The notes: generated by a model from the sequence alone, not told the origin. Positions 45,662 to 55,947 are shown, counted from the first letter of the whole stretch. The stretch: DNA of 63,674 bases, filler included, from Nitrospinae bacterium RIFCSPLOWO2_12_FULL_45_22 (GCA_001803565.1; 5 parts of 5 records of this genome joined end to end with filler, not necessarily neighbours in it); one strand, 5' to 3'. Numbers and translations are program-made.

Positions 45662-45881
45662 TAATTTCCCCTCCAAGTTTATATCTTAGAATAACATTTC
45701 TTACTTGTTTCACTTGATATGGTTTTGTCTTATCCTTGTCTTTCTGTAAATTAATCTTTTCAACTATACCCTCTTTTCGAAAAATATGATGGCTGCTTCT
45801 TATCCGTTCTTCAAAGCCTAAGTTTTTCAGCAAGTTGCATAAGTCCTCGAAATGAATATTTGCATCGGTGGGGATCATCAT
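45654..45881 (-). pseudogene. hicA: HicA-family toxin, N-terminus apparently lost
   Basis: DANIHFEDLCNLLKNLGF..RIRSSHHIF..INLQ..KPYQVKQVR; overlaps the hicB start. Confidence 0.7.
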
Positions 45882-45985
45882 TATTAATCCCTACCTGAAA
45901 CCAGAGCATAATGATTATGTGGCGATTTCTAATGATGAGGGAGAGGCAACTTTCAAGCAACTCAAAAAGTATGGCAGAAAAATAG
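45868..45985 (+). pseudogene. Fragment resembling an S24 (LexA/phage repressor) peptidase domain
   Basis: GIIIINPYLKPEHNDYVAISNDEGEATFKQLKKYG. Confidence 0.5.
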
Positions 45986-46327
45986 AATCAAAATTAAGCC
46001 AATACTCGGCAAAAGACGGATTCGCCCAACAAAGGATTTCCATGGTTGTAGAAATTTACGTTGATACATTACTTTTCCTCCTTTCATCCTGGCAAGTGCC
46101 AATTCCACCTCATTCTTTTTGGGGTTGCCGAAGTTGCAAAGACAATCCCGACTAATCGTAGCTAAGTCGGCAACCCCGTATTCAGGAAAAGCGTCAGACA
46201 TCCCTCCCGTAGACGAATTATCTTTGACCAAATAGGGAATCTTCTATCACAAAAAGAGTCTCATCGCCACATCTGGTAAGTTGAATAGCTTCAGGCTAAA
46301 CCCGGTACATTACGATATGGGTCAGCC

Positions 46328-47038
46328 TTAACGATTCTCCTCGGGACCTTCCGGGCACATGCCTTTCTCCATTCGGAAGAAATGTGCTGGTTCCTTTACT
46401 TCAGGCCGTACCGGTTTACGGAGGGTTTCCCGGACAAAGGCCACCCGGTCCACAAGACGCAACTCCGGATACACCCGGTCGATCGCCTCAATCAGCACCA
46501 AATCCTCAACGGCGATGGCTATTCCTGGATCGAACCAGTGCGCTGGCTCTTGCCATTCCCACCCCTGTTTCAGCGCTTTACCTCCGATTCCGACCACTGA
46601 CTTAGGTCGAATGTCGGTCGCGAGTCTCTCCCTGACGAAATGGGCCGGCTCCATCCAGTCCGTCCGCAGCTTCAAATGAAGTGCATCGAACCAGATTAAG
46701 TACAGATTGTAGTTTCCCGCCGCGACCTTCCATGGGTCCGGCATTGGTCCAAATACTTTGGATAGTTCCTTATCAAAAAGCGTGTCTTTGAGGTGTTCCG
46801 CCCCCATGCAAATACACTTATGTACACCCTTGTCTCCCACCTCTAACACGACTGGCACGGTGGTAGTTACCACAAACCCTATCTGCCGTGATACCTGGTC
46901 GAATGCGTTGTCTATCTTTACCTGATATTTCTCACGGATGCGGGTGTATATGGTAATCAGGTCATCGTGCAGTTTTACGACCGCCGGATGCGCTGGTTCC
47001 ACCCAATCGCGTATGCGAGCAAATGTTTTTCCGTCCAT
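46328..47038 (-). CDS. Hypothetical protein with four EPAH motifs
   Basis: AAGGAGG RBS; DWVEPAH, DWMEPAH, EWQEPAH, EVKEPAH and GPMPDPW. Confidence 0.8.
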   Translation of the reverse strand: MDGKTFARIRDWVEPAHPAVVKLHDDLITIYTRIREKYQVKIDNAFDQVSRQIGFVVTTTVPVVLEVGDKGVHKCICMGAEHLKDTLFDKELSKVFGPMPDPWKVAAGNYNLYLIWFDALHLKLRTDWMEPAHFVRERLATDIRPKSVVGIGGKALKQGWEWQEPAHWFDPGIAIAVEDLVLIEAIDRVYPELRLVDRVAFVRETLRKPVRPEVKEPAHFFRMEKGMCPEGPEENR

Positions 47039-47149
47039 AGTGCACCTCCTTATATAATTATGTGGTGTAAAAGACTCAACCTTCTTTTTACTTGTTACTT
47101 ATGAATTAGACCTTCAGCAATTTTTGGTCGTGGGAAAAAAGCTTTTTAC

Positions 47150-47303
47150 ACACCCCTTCTTCCCCTCTTTTTAGATGGGAACCGCTATAATCTCCCTTCT
47201 ATCTATCGTTCGACTGAGCGTTCGTCTGAGACCTCGGCGTGAGCTCGGTCGAACGCTCACGCCGAAGACTCACGACGAAGTCAAGAGGGGCAGAGGGGGA
47301 GTT
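47150..47303. repeat. Composite palindromic (REP/MITE-like) element
   Basis: CCCCTTCTTCCCCTCTT ... AAGAGGGGCAGAGGGGG arms around nested CGACTGAGCG/CGCTCACG hairpins. Confidence 0.55.
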
Positions 47304-47365
47304 ATCTACCCTTATACTTCACCGAAACTTAACAAAGAAACTTTCCTGCGCAGGGAAATAGTGTT

Positions 47366-49144
47366 TCACCTCCTTTCATCTTTTTGTTCAGCCAATCGGT
47401 TTTTAAACACGTGATACGGGATTGGCGCGGGCGCCACTCCCAGCAAGTCTGTGTCTTCCATCCATTCGGAATCTGGCGTCATAAACTCCAAATTCTCCAG
47501 ACTCTCTAGGCCGTAATAAGGCTTAGGTTTGCAGCTCAGGAAGGGCAGCGCTCCGGTATTTGACACGAACCTCGACACCCTGGCATCCTGGCCACGATGA
47601 TCGTACGTATTGCTCAACCTGCGCAGAATACGCTCGCCCTGGGCATGTAAGCCTCTGCTCCTTTCGTCAACGCGTTCTCTCATCTCGCGCGCAAAACCAC
47701 GGACCATGACATGATCGTTCGGGTTTGCTGTTGCCACAAAGTCGTAGATCTGGCAGAGGCACTCGTAGGTATCCAGGTTGGTCTGCTTGATGAAGTTGCG
47801 CACTGATGCGCGCAATGTCTGTGTCAGTACTTCCGGATGGAACCGACGCAGCAGTTGGAAGTAGAAATCCACCTGCATGTTGAAATAGTGCAGTCCGAAA
47901 TCGCTGAAATTACGATCAAAGAAGGCGTAGTTAGCGATTTGGTGAAATGCCTCAGAGCGCGGGTCTTTAAGCCGGTAATCGAATCCAAAGTAGTCACCAA
48001 GCAGCCGGCCTTCAGCCCTCAGTTTCGCCTCTAACCCAGTACCTGGGTAAGCCTCTGCACGGCAGAAGTTGAATGGATTCTCGATGTGCCGTTCGATAAA
48101 GCGTAAATTGACCAGGATATCATTCAAAACTGTGTCGGGTTCGAACATGAGTAAATTATAGGCGAGGTGCACATCGAAGTCATTGAGAATGCGCAGTGCG
48201 TTCAGTATCTGGTCGAGGGTGCATTTGCGGTTCAGGTTACGCAGCCCATTCTCATGTGCGTTTTCCACCCCCAGGAATACACGAAACAATCCCAGGCCAT
48301 CCAGCACCCGGATCGAGTCATAGGTAATGCTATCAGGCCGCGCCTTGACTGCTATGGCGATCCCTTCGATTCCCTCTTGCTTCAATCCGTCTCTCAGTTC
48401 CTCGAAGCGGCGAAGCGCCTTCTCTGGTCTTGGGAGAAAGAAGTTGTCATCCTGAAAATTAAAGATCCGGACACCGTAGCGAAAGTAGAGTTCCTTCATC
48501 TCTGCCACGATGTTCTCCACGCTTCTCACCCGAAACTTCTTCCCACCTCCCCTTTCATACCAGGCATTAATGCTGCAAAAAGCACAGTTGCGCCAGCATC
48601 CCCGGCTGGTCAGGATGCTCGCAATGGGCTTATCGAAATATTCGTGGAATGTTAATCGTTTGGGAAACGGTAATGCGTCTAGATTATCCTGATTGCCAGT
48701 TGAAATGTTGGTTGTTACTGATCCATCAGATTTTCGATAGCAAAGGCCGTGTACCCTGGATAGATCTTCAAGATGATCAGCCAACATACTAACGATATGT
48801 TCGCCTTCACCCAGGCAGACCGAATCAAATGCGGGAAAATCCCGGAGCAGATGTTCTGAGTTGAATGAGGCGAAGGGACCACCTGCCGTCAAATGACCAT
48901 GAAAACCACCTTCCCGGAGCGCCTGCGCCAGGTAACAGAACTCTCGTGCGCGACCTGTGAACATCATAGACAAACCGATGATCTGTGGGGAGAAGGCGAT
49001 CACCTGCTTTAGTGCCTGTGAGATGTCATACTCCGAGTTGAATGGGACGATTTCCACCTGGTGTTCTTTGTATTCTAGTGCAGAGGCTATGTAACGCAGG
49101 CCGAGGTTTTCTTCCAACTCTGCACCTACCAATGCAACTTTCAT
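47366..49144 (-). CDS. B12-binding-domain radical SAM protein
   Basis: Start at ATG 49144 (AGGAGGTGG RBS); ENLGLRYIAS, GGPFAS, GEGE, TSRGCWRNCAFC, FQDDNF. Confidence 0.9.
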   Translation of the reverse strand: MKVALVGAELEENLGLRYIASALEYKEHQVEIVPFNSEYDISQALKQVIAFSPQIIGLSMMFTGRAREFCYLAQALREGGFHGHLTAGGPFASFNSEHLLRDFPAFDSVCLGEGEHIVSMLADHLEDLSRVHGLCYRKSDGSVTTNISTGNQDNLDALPFPKRLTFHEYFDKPIASILTSRGCWRNCAFCSINAWYERGGGKKFRVRSVENIVAEMKELYFRYGVRIFNFQDDNFFLPRPEKALRRFEELRDGLKQEGIEGIAIAVKARPDSITYDSIRVLDGLGLFRVFLGVENAHENGLRNLNRKCTLDQILNALRILNDFDVHLAYNLLMFEPDTVLNDILVNLRFIERHIENPFNFCRAEAYPGTGLEAKLRAEGRLLGDYFGFDYRLKDPRSEAFHQIANYAFFDRNFSDFGLHYFNMQVDFYFQLLRRFHPEVLTQTLRASVRNFIKQTNLDTYECLCQIYDFVATANPNDHVMVRGFAREMRERVDERSRGLHAQGERILRRLSNTYDHRGQDARVSRFVSNTGALPFLSCKPKPYYGLESLENLEFMTPDSEWMEDTDLLGVAPAPIPYHVFKNRLAEQKDERR

Positions 49145-49203
49145 AAACCACCTCCTTCTTAAATCTAATGAGTCGTTATACGATAACTTTGCCTTAGAAA
49201 ATC

Positions 49204-49265
49204 TTTGAATGTTCCGCTTGAGGGACGCGACATAAAGCACCGCTCCCCTCAAGCAGTTGTTAGGC
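49204..49265 (-). mobile_element. attC-like site (62 bp, R' box degenerate)
   Basis: GCCTAAC-AACTG-CTTGAGGG...CCCTCAAG-CGGAAC-ATTCAAA: RYYYAAC, 5-nt and 6-nt spacers, paired L boxes. Confidence 0.55.
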
Positions 49266-49334
49266 AAAACCATCTCTACTCGTGTCTGACCCCATTTTCC
49301 ACGAGCCGAGATGCCAAAACCGCAGCTAGACTTC

Positions 49335-51680
49335 CTATGAACTAGGTGGCTCCTCCAGACAGAACCCGATATCAACTGCGACGCAAAACGCAAACCCATG
49401 GCTGTCATAGTTGGTGCGGTCACACACCACCATGTGAATAACGTACCCGCAGGGGTCCATATCAGTCGTGTCCAGTCTCCAATAGCCCGATTCGCCTGTG
49501 GTAGGCACCGTCGGGAAGGAACGGCTAGTCGCGAAGGTATAAGTAATTCCTCCGTCACCCGAGAGCATGACCGTGGCCCCGTGGGCTGGCCCGTCTGGGA
49601 TGACGTCGAGGCTTACGCTCCCGAAGTGCTGGTTGACCAGGTCGCTCGTGCCAGGGTCATGGACCTCGTACGTACCGGTCAGGATGGTACCCACGGGAAA
49701 CTTACCGCAGTCTATAGCCGGAATGGGGTTGCCGTTGAACGTAGCACCGGTGATGGTCAAGGTAACCGGGGCGTATGGCTGAAGTGCAATATTTGCCGCA
49801 GGGACTGACGATGGGGCGGTGTTGTCAACGCGCACCCTGATTACCTGCGCTCCTGGATAGAGTGTAGGAGGACTGACATTCGGGTCTTTCGCCTCCATTC
49901 TGATCTCCCATTCGCCTTCCATCGAGGCGTTCGTCAGCCACCTGGCAAGTTTATCCACCACCAGGAAGCGGGTGGAGGGAGCCGTGTGGTCTTCCAGGTA
50001 TTCGTACCAGCCCTCGCCCAGGCCATCGCCATCGTCAGTGGCCGTGAGGTTGAGGTTAAATATTGTATCACCCGGCGATTCCTCTTGCTGCACTGCGCCT
50101 ATGAATTTTGTGACGTCAACTTCTATCGTGTTGGTGAGCGGATGCCAGGTGTCAATGCCGTCATCTTTTCGGACCAGGATTCTGTATTTCAGTGGTAAAG
50201 CCCCGCCGCCATAGGAATCTGGCAGGGTGCCTGCAATGCGTCCGGTGATGGTAATGCCGCCTCCAAATGGACTCAAGGTTACTGAGAAGGCGCCGATCTC
50301 CGCATCGCCGGTAGCCAGCCCGGTGGCTGGATCAATGTCATCAACTGCGATATCGCCAACGGTCTCGATAACCGGGCTACGTGCCACCGCTTTGCTAGGC
50401 CGCAATTGGATGAGGCATTCCTCGCGATTTCCCCAGACCGGAACATAGTTCGGGTTCGCGGGGGGCGGTGGGGTCTCCCAGGATAGAATGGCGCGTAGAC
50501 GGACGATCTTCGGCCCAGCTTCACAGGGCACGAGATACTGGGAGAAGTCTTTCTTGAGAAAGACGGCATACTGGACATCCTCCGGCGGGATGGTCTGGAG
50601 GTCGTGGACCTGCGCGGTGGCTGTGCCCATATAGGTGAAGCCGCTGCCGTCGCCGAAGTCGATCCAGAAGGCCACGTACTCTGTTGACCCCTTGGCACAT
50701 AGCCCGCCGGAATAGCCGGAAGACCTTTTGATCGTGAGCACTGCTTCTAGCAGGTCGCTTTGTGGGCGAAGACCGACGCATCTTAGCTCTTCATAGCTGG
50801 TGTCTCCGTCCGTTACGATCTGGAGTTTGCCGAAAAGCTCCGCGATTTCGCTCACGCTAAGTCCAAGGGACGCTAAAGGACTATCACCATTCGCTGTGAC
50901 TAAGGCTGAGGTTACCGTCTTGGCCGTCAGGAGCGTCTGCGCCTCTGTGAAACCGAAGCGGTGAACCGGCACGCCCTTGTTCGCATAGAGCACCTTCTTC
51001 TGGGAAAGGCTTAGAGTCTCCAGCGTAAAAGGTTTAATTGTGATATTTGGGTCCAGGCCAGCAATGACGGGGCCGATTGGGTCCGGGATCTTGACCTGAA
51101 GGTCAACAAGCCCTTTTACCAGGTCACCCACGAAGAAAGAGTACTTGGGTTGAATCTGGACCTGGACGGTCAAGACATTCCCATAGACCGGCGGCCAGTT
51201 GGGTTGATTTGCCGGCGGCGGCGTGTCCCAGGAAAGGATGGCTCGCACCTTGACGATGTTCTCGTTGGTGCAACGCTTCTTGAACGGGGTAAAGTCCTTC
51301 CTCACGGCGTAGCAGAGGGGCTTGCCGCCAGGGATGTTATGGACTCGCACACTGCTCAATCCCACATCGTGCCAGACACCGTTGTCATGTATGTCGACGT
51401 AGAACCGAACATACTCAAACGATCCTTGGCTGCAGATGTCGCCTCCGTATCCAAACTCCTGCTTAAGGTGGAGCACAGCTTCCAGGCGGTTGGATGGAGG
51501 GTTTAGCCCCACACACATCAACTCTTCATAGGTCGTAACGCCTTGCTGAAGCTTGACTGGCTTGTATGGACTCAACTCCAGGTTGCCGAAGTAGTTGGGG
51601 TTTTGTAGGATCAACGAACGGAACTGTGCCCGCTCTCGTTCTAATGTTGTTGTGTTTTCGGAATTTTCACAGGTTTTCAT
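49335..51680 (-). CDS. Hypothetical 781-aa protein with an internally duplicated Cys-containing domain of about 130 aa
   Basis: YEELxCVGL..LEAVL...GY.G..C..GS.EYV.F..D...RAILSW.TPPP...P...PV.GN occurs twice; AAGGAGG RBS. Confidence 0.85.
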   Translation of the reverse strand: MKTCENSENTTTLERERAQFRSLILQNPNYFGNLELSPYKPVKLQQGVTTYEELMCVGLNPPSNRLEAVLHLKQEFGYGGDICSQGSFEYVRFYVDIHDNGVWHDVGLSSVRVHNIPGGKPLCYAVRKDFTPFKKRCTNENIVKVRAILSWDTPPPANQPNWPPVYGNVLTVQVQIQPKYSFFVGDLVKGLVDLQVKIPDPIGPVIAGLDPNITIKPFTLETLSLSQKKVLYANKGVPVHRFGFTEAQTLLTAKTVTSALVTANGDSPLASLGLSVSEIAELFGKLQIVTDGDTSYEELRCVGLRPQSDLLEAVLTIKRSSGYSGGLCAKGSTEYVAFWIDFGDGSGFTYMGTATAQVHDLQTIPPEDVQYAVFLKKDFSQYLVPCEAGPKIVRLRAILSWETPPPPANPNYVPVWGNREECLIQLRPSKAVARSPVIETVGDIAVDDIDPATGLATGDAEIGAFSVTLSPFGGGITITGRIAGTLPDSYGGGALPLKYRILVRKDDGIDTWHPLTNTIEVDVTKFIGAVQQEESPGDTIFNLNLTATDDGDGLGEGWYEYLEDHTAPSTRFLVVDKLARWLTNASMEGEWEIRMEAKDPNVSPPTLYPGAQVIRVRVDNTAPSSVPAANIALQPYAPVTLTITGATFNGNPIPAIDCGKFPVGTILTGTYEVHDPGTSDLVNQHFGSVSLDVIPDGPAHGATVMLSGDGGITYTFATSRSFPTVPTTGESGYWRLDTTDMDPCGYVIHMVVCDRTNYDSHGFAFCVAVDIGFCLEEPPSS

Positions 51681-51714
51681 TACTATCTCCTCCTTGTTGA
51701 GATGATAAGGATGA

Positions 51715-52255
51715 GTCGAGTAGATCGGTTTCTCCCGATGCTACAGGTTGAGGTTTGTTTTCTCCGTTTTCTGCCTGGTTTCCCGGCAGTACCACAATAT
51801 TTCAACCATACATCAGTTGGCCCCAACCCTTTCCCTCCCCCGGTATTACCCGGCCTCATTGGTAATATGGGTTGATCCGACTACCTATGCTCCGTCCTCT
51901 GGCCTCGTCTCCTCGGCTTCACGTACCCACATTGCTGCAGGAAAGCATAGGTCCTCCCAGGTTCCTGTGAAATCCCTTGGACAGCATGCCATGGACTATG
52001 ACCCCGGTGGAGTATCCGCCATCTCACCTATATCGATGGCTTCGTTGCTGTCTTCCGTGTTCCTTAACCACGTCGACTCGCTCCACATCATAAGCATTTT
52101 CGGAACTGAATACCTTCACCCTTACGGCCTACTGCCTCCCTGTTTACGCTCCACCCATACGATTACCCGTATAGATGCAAAACTCGGGACGGTCGGCTAA
52201 CTTTATCAGGTTGGCTTCTCAACCAACTGAATCTCACAAGCTTGGCCTGGCGCAC
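51715..52255 (-). ncRNA. ORF-less group II intron derivative (domains I-III and VI; IV-V deleted)
   Basis: 5' GTGCG, 3' CTACTCGAC; DIII GCCGGGTAATACCGGGGGAGGGAAAGGG; EBS1-like loop TAAGGAA complementary to the flanking TTCCTTA. Confidence 0.8.
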
Positions 52256-52371
52256 TAAGGAATTGCTTTTTTGTTTAGGAAAGATTAACATAGCGATAAG
52301 GAAAATTGCAACCTTTTTTTCTAACGGATGTTCACCCCCTCTTATTTTACTAAGCTATTGAAAATATAAGA

Positions 52372-53793
52372 AGGTTTTAGGACATAGCTTTGCCGGAAAG
52401 TTGGCTATATGGCAGATCATCGCACGAGTAATTGACCAGGGTTCCAGGCTTTCCGCTGTTCGGCTGGCACAAACACACGCAGCATGCGACCTATTAGAGA
52501 TAACACGTGGATTTGATGAGAACGATCCCTACGACAATCTAAAATGGTTAGCCGATAATCAGGAAAAAATCGAAGATAGTCTATTCCGATCAAGGCGTGG
52601 TAAAGATAAGCCACAAATATTCCTTTACGACGTAACAAGCAGTTATTTAGAGGGTGAAAGAAATTATTTTGCTGAGTACGGCTATCCACGCGACCAAAAA
52701 AAGGGGAAAAAACAAATAGTCATCGGATTATTATGTGATGAGTATGGTGCTCCAGTCTCTGCAGAGGTCTTTGCTGGTAATACACAGGATCCACAAACGT
52801 TTTGCTCGCAGGTTAAAAAAGTGGCAGATCGCTTTGGTTGTGAGAATGTAACATTTGTAGGTGACCGAGGGATGATTAAAAGCGCTCAGATAGATGCTCT
52901 ACCAGAAGGTTTTCACTACATTACGGCAATAACCAAGCCACAGATACATACTTTAATTACTCAAGGTCTCATTCAGATGGGGTTATTTGATGAGAAGATT
53001 TGTGAAATTGAGGATGACGGGGTGCGTTACATCCTGCGACGCAATCCATGTCGTGAAGATGAGATCGCCAAGACCCGCTTGTCAAAGCGTCAGTGTATTG
53101 AGAAATTTATTAGAGAGAAGAATCTCTACCTGGATGAACATCCGAGGGCTAAGGTATCCGTAGCAATAAAAGAGGTGGAAGAGAAGATAAAACGTCTTAA
53201 AATTGACATCTGGTTGAAAGTTGAGGAGCAGAATAGGGTATTAAGTTTGAAGCAAGATGATACCGCACTAAAAGAAGCATCCCTTCTGGATGGTTGCTAC
53301 GTGATTAAGACTGATCTTCCTAAAGAGGCAGCAGATAAACAGATTATCCATGATCGTTATAAGGATTTAGCTTTAGTGGAACAAGCTTTTCGTAACTGCA
53401 AAACTGTGATTCTGGAAGTTCGGCCAGTGTTTGTGCGGACAGAGAAGAGTACTCGTGGTCATGTGTTAGTAGTGATGCTTGGATATATGATTGTACGGAG
53501 GCTCCATCAGGCCTGGGCCGGGTTTGATTTGACTGTTGAATAAGGTCTTAAAAAATTATCAACTCTTTGTTCCATAGAAATGAAAGTCAAAAATAATAGT
53601 TCTTATTTGAAGATTCCTCGACCACGGAAGGAATCCAGGGAATTATTGAATGCATTAAATATTAGGATGCCTATAGTCTTGCCTCATCGGGAGGTGAATG
53701 TAGACACTAAGAAAAAATTGCCAAAGCAACGCAAACTCCTTTAAAAATAATGCCTTATGACCAAATCATACCTTATCTTTTGGGGTGAACAGG
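52372..53793 (+). mobile_element. IS1634-family transposase pseudogene
   Basis: FLYDVTSSYLEG, YGYPRDQKKGKKQIVIGL, VGDRGM, VEQAFR; N-terminus missing; premature TAA at 53541 with the frame continuing to 53744. Confidence 0.85.
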
Positions 53794-54140
53794 ATGGCCA
53801 TCTCTGGGGGCGAATGTACCTTAAACAGATTATGGCTGCTGCAATATGTGAGAGAGCTAAAGAGGCTAAACCCGGACCCTAATGCAAGGATTCATATAGA
53901 TACTAATGGCTCTATCCTGACAAAGGATTATATAGACGAGCTGGTCGAAGCCGGCATGACCGATATAGACCCAGACCTTAAGGGGTATTATCCGGAGACA
54001 TTTATGCGGATAACCGCCATAGAAGATAAAGGACTTGTGGAGAGGTACTTGAATACCGCATGGGATGCAGTTAGGTATCTGATTGATAAATATAAGGATA
54101 GGGTTTTCATTGGTATAGGGATACCGTACAATAAGGAACT
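53794..54140 (+). pseudogene. Internal fragment of a radical SAM (glycyl-radical activating-enzyme-like) gene
   Basis: ISGGECTL, HIDTNGS, DLKG; no CxxxCxxC; begins at the IS end. Confidence 0.65.
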
Positions 54141-54459
54141 TTTATCGGCTCAACAGATAAATCCCAATTTTTTTTTTGCACTATCAAAAACATGGTCTAC
54201 TTTATATATCAAACAAAACCAATGGGAAATAAAGTTTTGGCCTATTGACAATGCGCAGGTAATATTTGCTAACCCTTTGTTTTTATTAAGATTTTATGAA
54301 TCTTAAAGTTTCTCAGCTACATAGCCAAAAAGCCTTAAAAATAAATCAGTTAGATGGTTTTTATCTGCACAGAGTCAATAGGTAATAAAGTTTTTACTTG
54401 TTCACCTTTGTCTTTATACCTGATCATTTTGCACATCCTAAAATCCTTTGGGATCTGAT

Positions 54460-55890
54460 CTAAGCCTTCTCATTAATCCTGGCCCGCAGATTCTGAGCCC
54501 GAATGCGGATTGAACGAGCGGCAATGGCTGAAAACGTCTTCCACGGTTCTTCGGATGGACGAACCAACCCTAGGATTCGGCGGTGAAAGGGATTATCTTT
54601 CTCGCCAACATGTTTGGCCTCCTCAACCCCGACCGAATACCCTTCTGGGTTGGCTGCCTCGTTATACATTCGAAGCGAGGTTACATTTAGATCCTCATCG
54701 ACCAGGACTATCGCACCGCCATAGAGTGGTTGGGCCTCCACGGTCTCCACCACCCAGCCACCGGTGTTATAGACATTTACCCATTGCGGATATCCTTTAA
54801 AATTCATATCTTCCTGAAAGGGTTTGTGGGTATGACCGAAAATAAAGGTAACATCAGGCGGCATATTTCCTTTCAGTTCATTCAGAATCTGCTGCCGCAA
54901 GGGCCCGTTCATATAAGCCCAAAGGCCTTTTTCGGCATCCTGGCTTAGTAGACGAGCTGTGTGGGTTCTCTCCCTCCCGGCAATCTTACCCGCCACCGCA
55001 TTAAAAAGCCACTTTAGAAGCTTGGCCTCCATTGCGTCACCCCAGCCCGGAATATCATATCTCTTTGCCATATTAGTAGCCAATGTGGAGAGGAGATTTT
55101 CAACCTGTTCCCAATCCTGCATTTTCTCATATATTAATTCGATATCCTGGCCGGCATCTCCGGAACGTCCCATAGTCGACCAGAAAAAATCAATCCAGGC
55201 AAAATTTTCAGCCTCTATGTCCCAAACCTGTCTTGGCATTTCATGGTCAGGGAAAAGCAGAGTCCTCAGGGTGCTTATTAACTGATAGAGCGATTCGGTG
55301 AAATGACCATGATGAAAAATAAGGCACTTCTGGTTATCCTTTCCCAAAAGGCCAAAGTTAGGATAGGCTATGGGGATAATGGTATCCTTTAGATGAGGAA
55401 ACCTTTGAACCAGTTTTGTCAAAAAGTAGGCCCGCACTGGATCGGGATCGTTCTCGACAAACATATTTGTGGTATGCCAGGGAATATTCAAAGGCTTGCC
55501 CGGCTCAACCTTCGCCATGTAACCCACATACTGGGTCTCGCGGGCACTCTCCCAAAAATGATGGTCGTGATTACCCGGTATGTAAACAATCCTGTCAAAA
55601 AGCCCTTTTCCATGCGGCATAATCAATTCTATAAATCGTTCGAAGACCATGGCCGCCTGATTGTCCGTAGTCAAGGCCAGTTCGAGGATATCTCCATTTA
55701 GTATCAATATTGGCTTTTTCTTGTCCTCGTTCTTCGAGATAAGATATTCCAAACACTCTACCAGTTGCTTCATTACCGGGCTCGGCTGCATTGGGTCGGG
55801 ATCGGTACTGGCTGTTTTCAGATTGGTTAATAGACTATCTTCTTCACCCAGATGCATATCTGATAAGCAGACATAACGTATATCAGGCAT
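54460..55890 (-). CDS. Calcineurin-like metallophosphoesterase
   Basis: SDMHLG, NGDILE, PGNHDH, HHGH, FGHTH, NTGGW. Confidence 0.88.
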   Translation of the reverse strand: MPDIRYVCLSDMHLGEEDSLLTNLKTASTDPDPMQPSPVMKQLVECLEYLISKNEDKKKPILILNGDILELALTTDNQAAMVFERFIELIMPHGKGLFDRIVYIPGNHDHHFWESARETQYVGYMAKVEPGKPLNIPWHTTNMFVENDPDPVRAYFLTKLVQRFPHLKDTIIPIAYPNFGLLGKDNQKCLIFHHGHFTESLYQLISTLRTLLFPDHEMPRQVWDIEAENFAWIDFFWSTMGRSGDAGQDIELIYEKMQDWEQVENLLSTLATNMAKRYDIPGWGDAMEAKLLKWLFNAVAGKIAGRERTHTARLLSQDAEKGLWAYMNGPLRQQILNELKGNMPPDVTFIFGHTHKPFQEDMNFKGYPQWVNVYNTGGWVVETVEAQPLYGGAIVLVDEDLNVTSLRMYNEAANPEGYSVGVEEAKHVGEKDNPFHRRILGLVRPSEEPWKTFSAIAARSIRIRAQNLRARINEKA

Positions 55891-55947
55891 ATTGCCACCT
55901 CCTCCTGAACAAAGCCATTCCTTTAATTAGTTGTCACCTTTAAACTT

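Noticed and set aside
49145-49558. 138-aa N-terminal extension of the radical SAM in the ORF track
   Set aside because: It overlaps the upstream gene and the attC-like site; the RBS and domain start are at 49144
51748-52200. 150-aa plus-strand ORF
   Set aside because: Antisense to the group II intron RNA; no protein features
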